DNA from: Perna viridis
Lineage: Eukaryota
Assembly: GCA_037379345.1 (NCBI GenBank)
Contig: CM074519.1
Span: 24,888,103 to 24,952,102 of the forward strand
Direction: 5' to 3'
Length of the DNA: 64,000 nt
The stretch's first letter is position 1. Each line of letters starts with the position of its first letter. Of the stretch, positions 1 to 13,000 are shown piece after piece. The notes below the pieces were generated by a model. The model saw only the letters and a list, made by a program, of their open reading frames with translations, ran no database searches and was not told where the DNA came from. The translations under genes were made by a program, and so were the position numbers.

Positions 1-1310
1 GCCTTTTATTATTGTTGTTCCTTGTGTAGTTGACCGAGAAAATGGTCTCTGAAATGATCAATGGTTTATAATTGCATAGATATCCGTATCTGTAATTTGG
101 CGTCACCGGCTTGTTGAGGATGGCGATTTCCGCTAATTATTTCGTCGATAACGTTGGCATGCCACTGTTAGTACATGCTGGTGTTAGTTGCTTTGTCAGT
201 TCAGTCACCGTCTCTAGACGTAGACGGAGAGTGTGTTGTCTTTGTACATTACTCTATCATAGTGATAATAGATGGCACCGAAATATACACTTTTCAATAC
301 CGGGCCAGTAGCCAGAACATTTTAGGGAGTTTCGGAAGGGGATTATTTGTACGAACATTTTTCTTTCATAGTGCTTAACCAATTTAAAGCTCACTAAACA
401 GTTTTTTAACAGTTCCTTTTTTGCTTCTGATAGGGGCTCTTCGTAACCCCACCCCATCCACCCCTGCCTCAGATCCGAAGATGTTTATACAAAATAAGAG
501 ATGTGGGGTATGGTCTCATAAACATGACCCTCCCGTGAAAGATAATCATGTATACAAACTAGCAAATTGAAATGTTTCATCCATGGACTAGTCATACCAT
601 AAAAGATTAGTAAAACTATTACATATATACGATACTATACAGAGTACAATTTAATGCACTTAAACGAACCATATTGAATTATTTGACGTATTCAAGTAGA
701 TTTGTGTTAGGATTCTCTTTTTCCCAATCATATATGTCACGTTTCATTTTTTAAAAAATGGTTTGAATCTTGACTCGAAAATTATAACTCATATCTGAAT
801 ATAATCTGACTGTATCTATATAACTGTTCATAATTTTCAAATTTATACTTTAAATATGGGTTCGTTATACCATTTTATTTGTTCTCGTGTATTTTCTTAT
901 TAACTATTGAGCAATTTAAAACTTAATTTGAGAAGTGAAAGATACATTATTGATAGGCAATTCTTTCCTTGTGAATAAGTGATTAAGTAATAGTATGGGA
1001 GAAATTTAAATGGCTTGAGAAAGCAAAATTGATACTTTAGAAACTCCCCAGACTTCAGGTTATCACTGCAACGCGAACTAAAGTCTATTTTACTCTCTAA
1101 TAATTGTTAATTAAGTGACCTGAATTACTATTTGGATTCGACCTTTCATTTATAAAATCATTGACGAAAAAGAATTTTACAAGTGTAATTAAAAATATTA
1201 AGTGTTGTTATTTTGGATAGTAAACATTCGTTCCCGTCAGGTCAGAGAATTTTAAATATATTGTGAATGTTACATTGTGGGTGGTACTTAGTTACACGTA
1301 AACTTTTGAT

Positions 1311-1354
1311 CGCCTGAATATAGCTGAGATATTGCTGCTCGGGCGTTAAATCCC

Positions 1355-1388
<34 letters not shown>
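1311..1388 (+). mobile_element. 5'-truncated SINE/LINE 3' end with (ATCA)n tail
   Basis: Perfect 14-bp TSD cgtaaacttttgat at 1297-1310 and 1389-1402. Body ...tagctgagatattgctgctcgggcgttaaa followed by (atca)n. A second copy lies at 55491-55544. Confidence 0.8.
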
Positions 1389-1390
<2 letters not shown>

Positions 1391-4300
1391 TAAACTTTTG
1401 ATACACTTCTACCTTTAGTTTGTTAAATAAGTTTTTTTTTTCAAAATGCTTTACGGAGAGACAATCAAAACTTTTCACTTGTATAATTAAAGATACTGCT
1501 TGGTGCGAATAGGCCTTCCGCGAGGATTTTTACATGCTCCTATATAGGCATTTGGTTTTCATTTTTAAAATGAGGAGCAATGTGTTAAACGTTACCAGTG
1601 CACGTGAACTAATGGCGTAAAGATTTATTCAGACCACTTCAAAAGTTTATTTTACGTAAATATTAGTCTGAACAATACATCATCTCGTTACACTGGCGCA
1701 AACATGTTTATACATTTAATTTGATGATTGAATTATCTTTTAATTGAATTAGAATATCTAAATAACCACTCAGTTTGTGCAAACAATGATGCACATTTTT
1801 TTGTTTAAATAACAGTCGTTTGGGGATTTGAGTAAATCCATTGACAATTGTTGTTCCTTTCCCGCCATATTAATCAGATTTAGTCCAAGGTAAAACAGGG
1901 AGTACGTTCCATTGTTTCCGTAGCGGGAGAGGATACATTCAGAGCTAGTCATTGTTGACGTTAGGCATACATTGGTGATGCTCCACATTTCTTTGAAAAT
2001 GCCTTGAACCGCCTTTAATGTCATTTAAGGTCGTGGATTAACATATTTTGAAAATGGTGGTTCCAGATAAAAGGGTTAGAGGCTATATTTACTTATTTTT
2101 GCCAAAAATTTGCACAAAATAAAACCAAATTTCCACGTAAAGAGTAGGATCATACCACCGGACCCCTCCCATGGACCAGTCACTGAATATTGATGATTAT
2201 ACTGTACGTCTTCATGCGTTCATTTTTTGCGTGGAACTGTATTGTTGCGTTAAATGTTTAGCCCCTTGCTGAGGACTACAAGTGCACGTGACACTCTGTC
2301 TACTCTATATAACTGGAAAATAGCTTTGATAATGGAATACATACTCTGAAACATTTTTGGATTGTTTTATCTACTAGTATCTATTTAAGGTTCTGTCCTC
2401 TCTTTACTAACGAGTCGAACGATATCGACATAGTTAGCTTGCACAGGTTTTAGTCAGAAATTAACAAGGTGCCTGGAGCACTTTTGTATCACAGTAGTAT
2501 ACCTCAGTCTGAAAGGATGTATGTAGTAAATATGTTTCCTGGAGACTTTATTATCCGTTTCTTTTTATTATGATCATTTCAATAGTAAGCTTTAGAAACA
2601 AAACACTAGAATCGATCAAGGATCAATTGAATATTAAAGTTTTATGAGTTTTATAGGGTTGTAGTAATTTCAACCTGCTTTAATAGTGGACCGTCATGAA
2701 GAGGTCGTATTTATCACAATGTTGATATTGAAATTTTATAGTTTCTGTGATTTTCGTTCATTTATGTTATATATAAGTGTCATAATGATACATAAGGCAA
2801 TAAACACGAACAAGAATTCTTAGTAATTTGCTTTATATGTACGAAATACTGGAAAATTTGACATCGAGGAATCGTTTAAAATTATTCTGTCAGAAACGTC
2901 AAATGTGACTTGTGTTTTGAAAAAAAAAGGTAATTTTCTTCCAAGAATAGCGTTTGCTAATGTAGCATGATTTTTATTGGGTTTTTGTTTTGAAAACCTA
3001 TGAACTCCCTTGAAAATGTGGTCGCACTTCCACCACAAACCTAGTTACGTAAACGGGCATCAAACAGTTATGATGCCATGTGTCAAGCAATATTTGTTAA
3101 AATGACCTCTTTTCTACTACAAGGGAGCTCAGATGAGAATTTAATCTAAAACTTTAGAATGGTCGGTTCATTCCGTCGCAAACCATTAATAATGTACAGT
3201 TTTCGGAAAGTCTTGTCATATTTTTAAGTCATGTTTTAGGGAAAACTGGAAGTACGAAAAACAAGCGTATTCTCTTATTCCCTGGTAAATGAGCTGAGCG
3301 AAAAAGTTCTCTCTAAGAACAAAAAATAAAGAGTTCGTTCTAATTAGTCTTTCGATATTAAGTTATTTTTTATGGTTTCGTTTCTTGATGATAATGTATA
3401 AAATCCTTCACGGGTCTCTTCGTTCATTAGGCAAGGTTCTGGTGCTTAAACTCATCACGACTATCTTGTAAAGGTGATTACAGACAAAATACTTTATTGA
3501 TTAAGCTGACAAAGGAGTTTTTGAACCTATAATACATTATGTAGAAATTTCATTTTATATTTTTATCTTCTATAAACCAAAGTCATAAAAATACATCTGG
3601 CTAAGAAGGGGAGCCGGAAGCTGTATCATGAATTCCGTAATATTGTCAGAGAGTAGGATCTCGTCAACTATACTTGTAATGTGGATATTCGATTCAACAG
3701 TTAATAATTATATATAGCAGTGGCTTGCCTTTGTTTGAAGGTCCACTCAATATGCATACACAATACAGACACTGTCATCTGTAGAACTCGGTGAACACTG
3801 CATGGTGTGGATTGTATTTCTGCGTATTTATTTTTGGTTCGGTCAAAAGGCCATGCAATTAACCGAAATAAAATTTACATGTGAATCTAAAATATAACCG
3901 TATACACGAGAGAAAAGGTGGTTTGGCCTATATATTGAGCTTATAGGGAACACCATGTAAAAAATTGTTTCAATTTTTTGTCATTCTTCTCCAACAATTG
4001 TATGATTCGACGTGTGATTGAACTTTTGCAAAAGAATTTGTTTTGTTGGCACTTTCAAAGCGAAAACATCCTTAACAATAAATCAATGACGTATTTTTAC
4101 AGGCACTTGATACTTATCTGTTACTTTCTTTTTTCTACTTGGCCTAATCCAGTAAATGGTATGAAATTAATGCTTGCCATATACAAAAAAAGTTCTATAT
4201 AAGATTTAATTTTAGATTAAAAACGATTAGTCAAGTATTGACTATAGATTTTTGGATTTATTAGAAGTATTGAAGTAATTCATTCATTTTAATTACAATA

Positions 4301-4439
4301 TATTTATGTTGAAGGAATAATATTTTGAAAATATATTTTACGTGTTTTTGAAAGATTCTTCTTTATAATGAAATACTATTGGTTCTAAATTGGAGCGGAA
4401 TGTGTTTGAAATATTTGGAATTCGTGACATAAGAATACA

Positions 4440-4843
4440 ATGTCATCGAAATCTGACATTAAAAGACAAAAGTCATTGCCTAAAACAACACCAAAGCCAA
4501 AGTTTCAGAAAGATATTTCAGTCCCAGGGTCAAACTCGAACTCACCCCGTCGAGATGCATCGCCGACGAAAGATCCCGATACGACAAGGTCTTCTAACGG
4601 AGGATCTTCAACTCGAACGTCGGCAGCACCGACGCCGTCGAGTCTATATGTGATAAATGAAGGACATAACCATGTAAACAACGACGATCATTATATCGAG
4701 ATACCTGACGACTGCAATGAAGGATACAACTCAAGAATGTCCGTGGAAACCCTCGACGACGTCGAACTTCCGTCGTCACTCAAATTTAATCGAAATTCGG
4801 GAAGTGTTAAGAAAGTGCGATTTACTTTGAACGGTGAAGCCTG
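4440..4843 (+). CDS. KIF12: KIF12 candidate first coding exon 1a (Ser/Pro/Thr-rich disordered N-terminal extension)
   Basis: CpG-rich ATG-initiated 135-codon ORF. Donor GCCTG|gtaggt at 4843/4844 is phase 2 and matches the phase-2 acceptor at 5763 (TG+G = Trp). Confidence 0.7.
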
Positions 4844-5602
4844 GTAGGTGCTTCTATTTGGTTCAATACCCGTCGAGGATGTTTATCTTCAATAGAGCAG
4901 TTGGTCAAAAGGCTTAAGGTGGGGAATATCGGGTGTAATGCCCGCATGTAATGTGTGGATGTGAAAATCGGGTTAATGTAAATGGTCACTCAGTTAATGT
5001 ACTTTATCGAAGACTCACATTCTGTTTACTCGATATCGGCGAAGTCGGTCTGTTGTGCTATGATGGTCGTTCAAAATCTTTATGTAGATGACCTTAGTTA
5101 GACTGAGCTTTTTTTGTCCTAAATTGAAATATAAAAAGCAAAAAAGCATTGAATGTAGTGTCGCGATTTTAGTAACACACGGAATTCATTTCAATTGTCC
5201 ATTAGCAGGACAATATCTAAAGGCTGGACAAGTTCGATTTGCGTTATTACCGATTTAGGTTGTATACAGTAACCCATACCGCCGGCTATTATACTATCTA
5301 AATGTGGCGATGACTTTTCGGCTTGAACTACACAACAATTACATGTATGATTTCTATTTTAAATGCTCACTTAAAAAATTCCGAATTGAGAAAAAAGACT
5401 GAAATCTCGTACTTGTCAGTACATTTGCGCCAGTTTTATTTGAAATCGACAATGTACATGCATGATCAATAAACCTATACTGTACAATGTTTCATTATCA
5501 TAAATGTTTCGCTAGTTTCAACTAATTCAATAGTAATCTGGTCCTGAAGTTTGGATTCCGAGTTACATTTTCGTCCAATTACATGGTATTTGTTCATAGT
5601 CT

Positions 5603-5619
5603 ATGGTGCACCAGACGAG
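5603..5619 (+). CDS. KIF12: KIF12 candidate short alternative first exon 1b (MVHQTR)
   Basis: ATG GTG CAC CAG ACG AG|gtacct is a phase-2 donor in frame with exon 2 across a 143-nt intron. Confidence 0.45.
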
Positions 5620-5762
5620 GTACCTGGCTCTTCCAAACTTGTAAAAATGATTTGCAAAAACGCTTACGATACAATTCAGATACTAATGTAGTTCAAGCTC
5701 ATACTTCTACGTTTGGCCATATCGTTATATTTATCATTTTTATAATCTTGCTTTATTTTCAG

Positions 5763-5843
5763 GAGTTCGACAACTTTGTCTTCAACAGCACCAACTGAGA
5801 ACTCTGGTGATGATTTAGACGACCATATTAATGTAGTGCTAAG
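5763..5843 (+). CDS. KIF12: KIF12 exon 2 (SSTTLSSTAPTENSGDDLDDHINVVLR; motor start)
   Basis: tttcag| acceptor, AG|gtaaga donor. Encodes the kinesin beta1 INVVLR, continuing as VRP in exon 3. Confidence 0.9.
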
Positions 5844-7006
5844 GTAAGAACATGTTTTAGGACACGCCTTAACATATTTACATGTGCAGTCAAAAGGTAA
5901 TTGGTCTACAAGAAGGGTCCATGCCACCTAACAAGAAATGTCTTCAAAACGTGCTACCATTTTTTTTGTTGCTTTTTTTTTGTTTTATGTTCTTTTTTTC
6001 TATCTTATTTTTTGTGGTCCATCCATGACCGGTATCTGTCTGTAGTTTACAAATATGCAGGTAGGGTTCTATAAGCAAAGGCAAAGTATGATTCAGGCGA
6101 ATTGAATAAGGTAGTTTCACGTACATGTAGAAACAAACTAAAAGTTTTTTTTTTCATTTTGTGTTTTTTTTTCTTCGAAGTTCACATGTACTCTTCAAAG
6201 AAGTTAAGATTTACAAGTGTTTTATTTTGTTTTAAACGATCAAAAAGTAAGCGAATTTTATGGGCACAAGATGATTGAATCGGTGCAAAGTTCTCAATGT
6301 TTCTCCCTCCTCATAGGAGGTTGGTGTACACAACAATCTACGATTTTGAATTACTCTTTAATCTTGAAGTGCAGCAATCATTGAGACCAAATCTTTAGGC
6401 GTAGTTAAATAATTTAAGTGTCATCGAGACAATAAAGATTTGGACATTTTATCAAAATTGTGTGTATCTAAAGGCTCTGCTTTGATATGAATGTTTGAAA
6501 GACACTCAAAATCATATTTAGTGTATCGTTCAGGGCTTAAATCTTTGGAAGTTTAAAAAACTGCTATTGTGATGCCTTACTTTGACATGCTAAGTGGCAG
6601 ATAAATTTTATCAAACCTGATGTAAATGTTGTGAATTTCCTTAATATGAAATCCATTTACAAACAGCTTTTGAAATAATAAGATTTCTAATTGTGTACTT
6701 AGGTAAAATAAATATCTTTACCTGCTGAGTTGCCACATGCAGTGCAAATCATCTATCAGAAAAGACAATAAAAATTCGATGTAATAGTTTATTGTTTTCG
6801 GATGTTTCCTTATCCGTCCCAACATCAACTCTAAATTTATTTTATATGTTTCCGGTTGTCTATTTCATGGTGCGAAGCAGGACTTTTATTATTAAATGAC
6901 GTTATAGTACTAAAGTTAAGTAATAGTTAGAAAGGGCAATGTGAATGAAACTACCGTAGCTTTCTAAAACAGTCTTTAAAAGAAAATTAAATGTATGTCA
7001 CTGTTA

Positions 7007-7328
7007 GGCCTAAAAAAATACCCGTGTTTCTTTAAACGTACTCCAGCAGTGGTAGAGGTTGTCTGACAAGCTTTTTTCTGACTTGGTACCATCGTAACGG
7101 GGTATGGACGAATAGAATTCCAACCTCTTACGTTGTAGGTTTATCGTTAACCCTACTGACCCTATTTTTTGTTCATACCCTATAAAGTTTTTTGGCTTTT
7201 TTTAGTCCGATGTATCTGCAACACAAACAGGTTAAAATATTTCAAAAAAAATTTAGAAGTTTTGCCTACCTCCCTACCCTAATAGTTTTTAAGAACATGT
7301 CAGTGGAAACACTGTATTTTTTCTGGCC
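7007..7328. mobile_element. MITE with GGCC termini and TTA flanks (PIF/Harbinger-like)
   Basis: tta|GGCCTAAAAAAATACCCGTGTTTC ... GAAACACTGTATTTTTTCTGGCC|tta. Related ends near 31070-31092 and 61733-61795. Confidence 0.65.
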
Positions 7329-7568
7329 TTAACATTAATGGATCAGCATCCTTCAGTAACCTTCGTTTCCTTGATTACTCTTTCAATGAGTTGTGACCCA
7401 TCTCCAAAAGGAGTAATATGTACCAAGAATTGGTACATATCTTGTCCTAAAATATGGCACCCAAATGAATCACAGTTCAGCTAACAGGTTCACCTGGATG
7501 CCATGTTTAATGTTGCCCTTGTTTATTTTTTATTTTCTGCTACTATACAATATGCTTTTTGTTTACAG

Positions 7569-7647
7569 AGTAAGACCAGCCAATGGCCAAGAGAAAGACA
7601 GAAATGACCAATTGGTCACAACGTTCCATGGAGAGGGCAGAGTGGAG
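7569..7647 (+). CDS. KIF12: KIF12 exon 3 (VRPANGQEKDRNDQLVTTFHGEGRVE)
   Basis: ttacag| acceptor, GAG|gtaata donor. Completes the RVRP motif. Confidence 0.92.
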
Positions 7648-7923
7648 GTAATAAGAATTGTTCTGAGGGGATATTAAATGCACCCAATATTATATTTTAT
7701 GATATTAGACACTACTTTTAGTGTAATGAATAGATAAATAATAATAACAGTTTCTTGTAATTATGTATTGCATCTTCCATCATAAAAAAATAAAATTGTT
7801 GACCCATAATTTTCTTGGTAGGGTCAGAAATGGAAAAAGCAGTCGATGAATTAATTTAATCTTATTTCTCAACATTAACTGTTACTGTGACTGCTAAAAT
7901 ATACAAGTAATGTTTCGTTACAG

Positions 7924-8045
7924 GTTGACCATCCCTCTGTTAATCGTGCCTTCGTCTATAATGTTGTCTTTGAACCTGAAGCATCTCAAGAGGATGTGTT
8001 TGAACACTCAGGAGTGAAGAAACTTATAGATATGTCTATAAATGG
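7924..8045 (+). CDS. KIF12: KIF12 exon 4 (VDHPSVNRAFVYNVVFEPEASQEDVFEHSGVKKLIDMSING)
   Basis: ttacag| ... GG|gtaag. Kinesin F.(F/Y)..VF....SQEDVF motif. Confidence 0.93.
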
Positions 8046-9971
8046 GTAAGCTGAAATTATTGTTGGTTTATTTCAATATTGAATCTTGGCCTTGGTCGTT
8101 AAAGGACCAATGCATCTGTTAGAATGTAAGGTCCAAGAAAGGTTGAATTTAAAAACAAATTAACGTTCTCACAGTAAAAAAAATAATCCTTTTTTATAGG
8201 TCTTCACCATTGATGGAAGGTCCAAATCCTTGGTAATTGTAGTAGAGGTCTTCAATGTAACAAGTCATGAACCGAGGATTCTTTCTAATTTGAAAACATA
8301 GATCCATTCATGGAGCTTAAACTTTGTTCCTTCTTAGAAAACATAATTTTTTGAAAGTCAGGCTTGAACTGCTTGTGTTAATGATGTTCATGCTTGTAAT
8401 AGGTCTATGAATATCTAATTTGAATACTGTAAATGTATTAATTTTCATGGTTGCTTATCTTTGCAGATTCTCATAAGTGAACATAATTGCGAATATCAGT
8501 TTTCACAGGTTTAGAAAATTATTTCAGCTAGAAGGTGTCAAAATCCAATTCCGCATTTACTATTTTTCTTGTCCTCTGCAAAAACAGGGAAAAATTAGTA
8601 TACCTTTAAAATTACTACATTTGCAGTACTTGGATGCACTCATAGAGCCCAAATTTAGTTTGATACAGACTTTTCCTTACAAAACTATTCTGAAATTTAT
8701 ACCATGTCTACTTTAAAGGCACATGCTAAGCATGTTACTGCTCATGTTAATGATGTTATCCCTGTAATATATATGGTTTCTACGTTTAATTTGTAACTCT
8801 ATAATGAAAAAATTTACTGTTCTGAATTCTGAGTAATTTACTCAAGTAAAAATTTCAACACTAAAGACATTTGGTTGATAGGCTCTAAATTGAATATTAA
8901 ATCATTTGTATGAATAATTAAAATTTAGATAGGATTCAAAGATAACTCTTCAGTACTCATAATTAAACTTTATAGGAAAGAATAGACGACAATCTGTAGT
9001 AAACATTTAGTTCCCTAGACGTAGATACTGATCTATTGTAAAATTTAAAGTGTGTATCATCAATGTTTTGAGATTACGCCAGGTGTCTTTTAAGTTTTCA
9101 TCTGTGACAATTTTGAAATGAATAGATGTTTAAATTGATTTGTTTTTATCCACTAGTGTACATCAACACTTAGTTTTGTGTGTATTGGACTTTTTTGTTA
9201 CCTTTAAATAATTGACTAGTCTTGTATTTTATTTGGTTTTTTTCCCCTTGATAATACTTTTTATGCAATTTTGAATTCCTTCTGCAAAGTTAAGCAAAAT
9301 TGCTACAGGGTGCACTTTTTTTTTAAAATTTAGTCTTTGTAGCCTACTTTTAAGCTCTGTTTTATGTTTTACTTATCCATTGAATGAAACATGAAATCCA
9401 AAACTGCTTTAGTTTCCGAAGGTTTCACATAGAATTACAAAATGTGTTGTTGTAATAAAAAAAATATTAATGCAATTTAAATAATAATCTCTGTAGGTTT
9501 TAGTTAAATTTTGAACTTCTAACTTTGGAATTAATCAGTCTAATGGAAATATGATGGTGCAAGGGTAATGACCAAGAAATTTTGAGTCAGTCTGGCTCAT
9601 TTTTGAATTTTTGAAAGTGTTTGACAAAATGGCCAATGAATAAATCAGAAATCTTTCCATTGTATTTGATTTGTAAGTCTTTGTTTGGTTCTATGGATGT
9701 ATGTACTTGCATTGCTAAATGTTTAGTAAAAAGATATTTCTGCTCCAGATCAATTCCATTGTCCATACACTCAGATATCATTGTAACAGGTTTCTTCCTT
9801 CATAAGCATCTGTACTTGCTGTCTGTACTAAGTCAGGACTATTGGGATACCAGATGTTCCGATGGTGTAATATCTATTTTGCCAGATTTATTTTGAACTT
9901 GACTTGATTATGAATTGGATTAGTGTTCAGTAATTCTGTTGTTACCCTTATTTCTATCATTCATTTTTCAG

Positions 9972-10047
9972 GTATGCTTGTACAGCATTTGCCTTTGGAC
10001 AGACAGGGTCTGGCAAGACCCACACAATGACTGGACCTCCTCAACAG
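9972..10047 (+). CDS. KIF12: KIF12 exon 5 (P-loop: [25 protein letters not shown])
   Basis: tttcag| ... CAG|gtatga. Walker A GQTGSGKT. Confidence 0.96.
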
Positions 10048-13000
10048 GTATGAATAATAAAAGCTAATTTTTTTTCATATTTTTTTAATGTAATTTGTAA
10101 TAATTAGTGTTTCGCTTTCTTCATAAAATAATATTTCTATTTCTGAAGAAGCATCATCATTTAAATTCATTAACAATTATACATACTAATTAATTAATTA
10201 AATTGTTGTAGTGTGGTTTTGTAATTAATAGTCATATTTTGAAAATAGTTCCATTGTTCAGTCATAATTACTGCTTTGAATCATGTTATAGGATAAGTCA
10301 AACATTTTTGAACAAAATTGTTTAACAAATCTGCAATATGAATGTACGGAGCAAGTTTTCTGTATATGTTTTGTTGAGAAAATCATTAAACTTATAGATA
10401 AAATGTTAAAGATGATGGAGAAACAGATATCCCCATTTTTTATAATATAAAAAAAATTATATCTATATATATATTTTTTCAAAAATGATTACTGAAAACC
10501 AGTAGAATAGATCTTAAATGTATGTTTTAAGATATTTTACAAGAAACCAAAATAAATAAAAAAAAGGAGATTACATTTTTGTAAAAGAAATTGTCACTTT
10601 GAATATTATACAATATATACGTAAATTAATATTTTCATTACTATGTTAAAAAATTAAAGAAGGAAGATCAGATTTTGGTAAGTCTAAAACACTGAACATG
10701 CTGGTGGTACCCATACGTCCTCAAATGTTATGAACTGAGAAGTTCTAAGTTGTAAAGGATTGCTGTTCACACTGGGTAAAATCTAGCTTTTTGATGATCA
10801 ATTTTATTTTTCTGATAGTTCTAAATGTAAAAGTATCAGTCCACCTAAGAATTATGTAAGGGTAATTCTTTGGTTTAATGGTCATATCTTTTACCCCCCC
10901 CCACTTTTTATCATAATTCTTTTTTTTAGAAATTCACTAAAGATTTCAATATAATCTTTTTTTTTGCAGTGACAGGGAAATATCCATTGAATACCTTACT
11001 AGTTTTTAAGGGGAAATAACTCTTATTTTGCAAGCCTATTCAGTATAACACTCTTCTCAGATAAATTACACTAGAATACTTCATTTGAAAAATAAGTCTA
11101 TTCTATCAAAGCTTAGTAACCTTATAGAAAAATATGTACAAGTATCCTTTTTTTCAATAAATCACTTTATTCTATGTTTGCCTAATTCTTAGGTGGACAG
11201 CTAGTTAATTATTTCTTAACTTTAATTAAAAAAATGTTTTGCCAATTTATTTCAAGCTATCTTTTAATCATCATTTACTGTTAGAAACTGAAATGTCATA
11301 TACAGAAAGTTAGATTTTACCTGAAATAGTTCACGTAGTACATTACTCAACCATGAATAAAAGAAAGTGTTTCTTACAGAAGAAATTTATGTTTAAACAA
11401 AAAGATTGATAGAAAGGATTTTCGAGGTACAACCTGTTATAAAGTACAAGTATTGAGTAATTTGCCACAGACACAACAATGCATGAAACATCACATTAAA
11501 TTTAAGTAAAGTATCTGCACCTTTTATAAGTAAGCACAGTCATCAGTTTATTCTGGAGTAGGTTAAGTTTCAGAATATAAACTCATCTATTCATTTCTTT
11601 ATTTCACCAATATTTGCATGAAAATTCACAGATTATGAATAGGGAATTATGGGTATGTTATTAAAATTGCATGTTCCTTTGACACAGATGCATGCAACTG
11701 TTTGATTAATATATTCACTTTCAGGAGAAGTTTTTTGAAGAAGTGTGATTGCTCTATTTTCTGTCTGTCTGTCTGTATGTCCATTTGACTACATGATGAA
11801 TGTAATGCCTCTTTTGCATATACTTGTGTAAATCAGTAAAGCCTCAGGGTTAGTTTGTATTGTTTATTTTATCGATAGGTCTTGTAATGATAAAAATATG
11901 TATAAACATTCATCTTGGAATAAACTTCAAAATTTTATTTCCTATTTATCTAAGAAGTGTCCAGATGGACATTACACTGGTACCTTGTTTTTGTCCCATA
12001 CTTTACACTTTTAATCCAGTGTCACAAAAGGATTTCATGGATTAGTGATAATCTTATTTTGAATCTATATTATAACCCAGAGAGATGTTGTGCTTACTAA
12101 ACAAACCTTGAGAAGCATGTTTCCTGGGTTGTTAAGTACAGTTTGGTTATGTCCATATTATTATGTATAAAAGTTTCATTCTCGTTCAAAAAGAAAGCAA
12201 ATTTGAAACTTGTCCTGAAATGAAACATAAACTTGCTTATGTATAATTAGAAAGTTATGACTATTTAATTTACTTACATGAATTCAAGAAATAAATTTTT
12301 TTTATTTGAATGTAATTAACTCCTAATTAAATCAATTAAATATCCACTGACCAAATTAGTTTTCACTGGTAAAAGGCTAGAGGACCAGTGCAATCGTTGG
12401 ACACTAACTTACAATTATTTCATTTATTATTAAAGCAATGGAACAATTTTTCATATCACTCAATTCATCTGTCACATGTGGAGCCATAAATTAATTGGGA
12501 ATTTCAAATATCTACATTTTGCTAGTCCATTTTATAAATATACCTGTAGACTTGCTTTGTTAAATAATATGACTGAATTTTATTTTTGTTTCAACATCAG
12601 TTGTGCCTTTATAAAAAGGGTTTAAACATGCCTACAACATTGGAATTTTGCATCTGTGAACCTTGTCCTTGAGGTGAACCCACAAAGCTACTGTATAGAT
12701 CATAAGTTAGATGAACTAACAGGAGTTTCATAATATGAAAAGGAAAGTACATAACAAAGAAACAAGCCAGGATCTCGCTGTGAATGTTTGATAAGCTTTT
12801 AGTTCTATAAAATTTATCACAATAGAATTTGATGAAACTTTGAAGGTATTGTTTGGCTACCTTAACCTGGAGTGAACTCAGATTGGGTAGAATTATCCCA
12901 CATTATGAGGTGAATACTTTGTTCTTTTCAATGATTTTACGGTTACTTTCCGATTATTTCCTGTCTCTAGGTTTTCCTTTGATCGTTAATTGTTACTTTG

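Noticed and set aside
1770-2024. 84-aa minus-strand ORF with moderate GC
   Set aside because: No recognisable motif and no convincing splice sites or partner exons.
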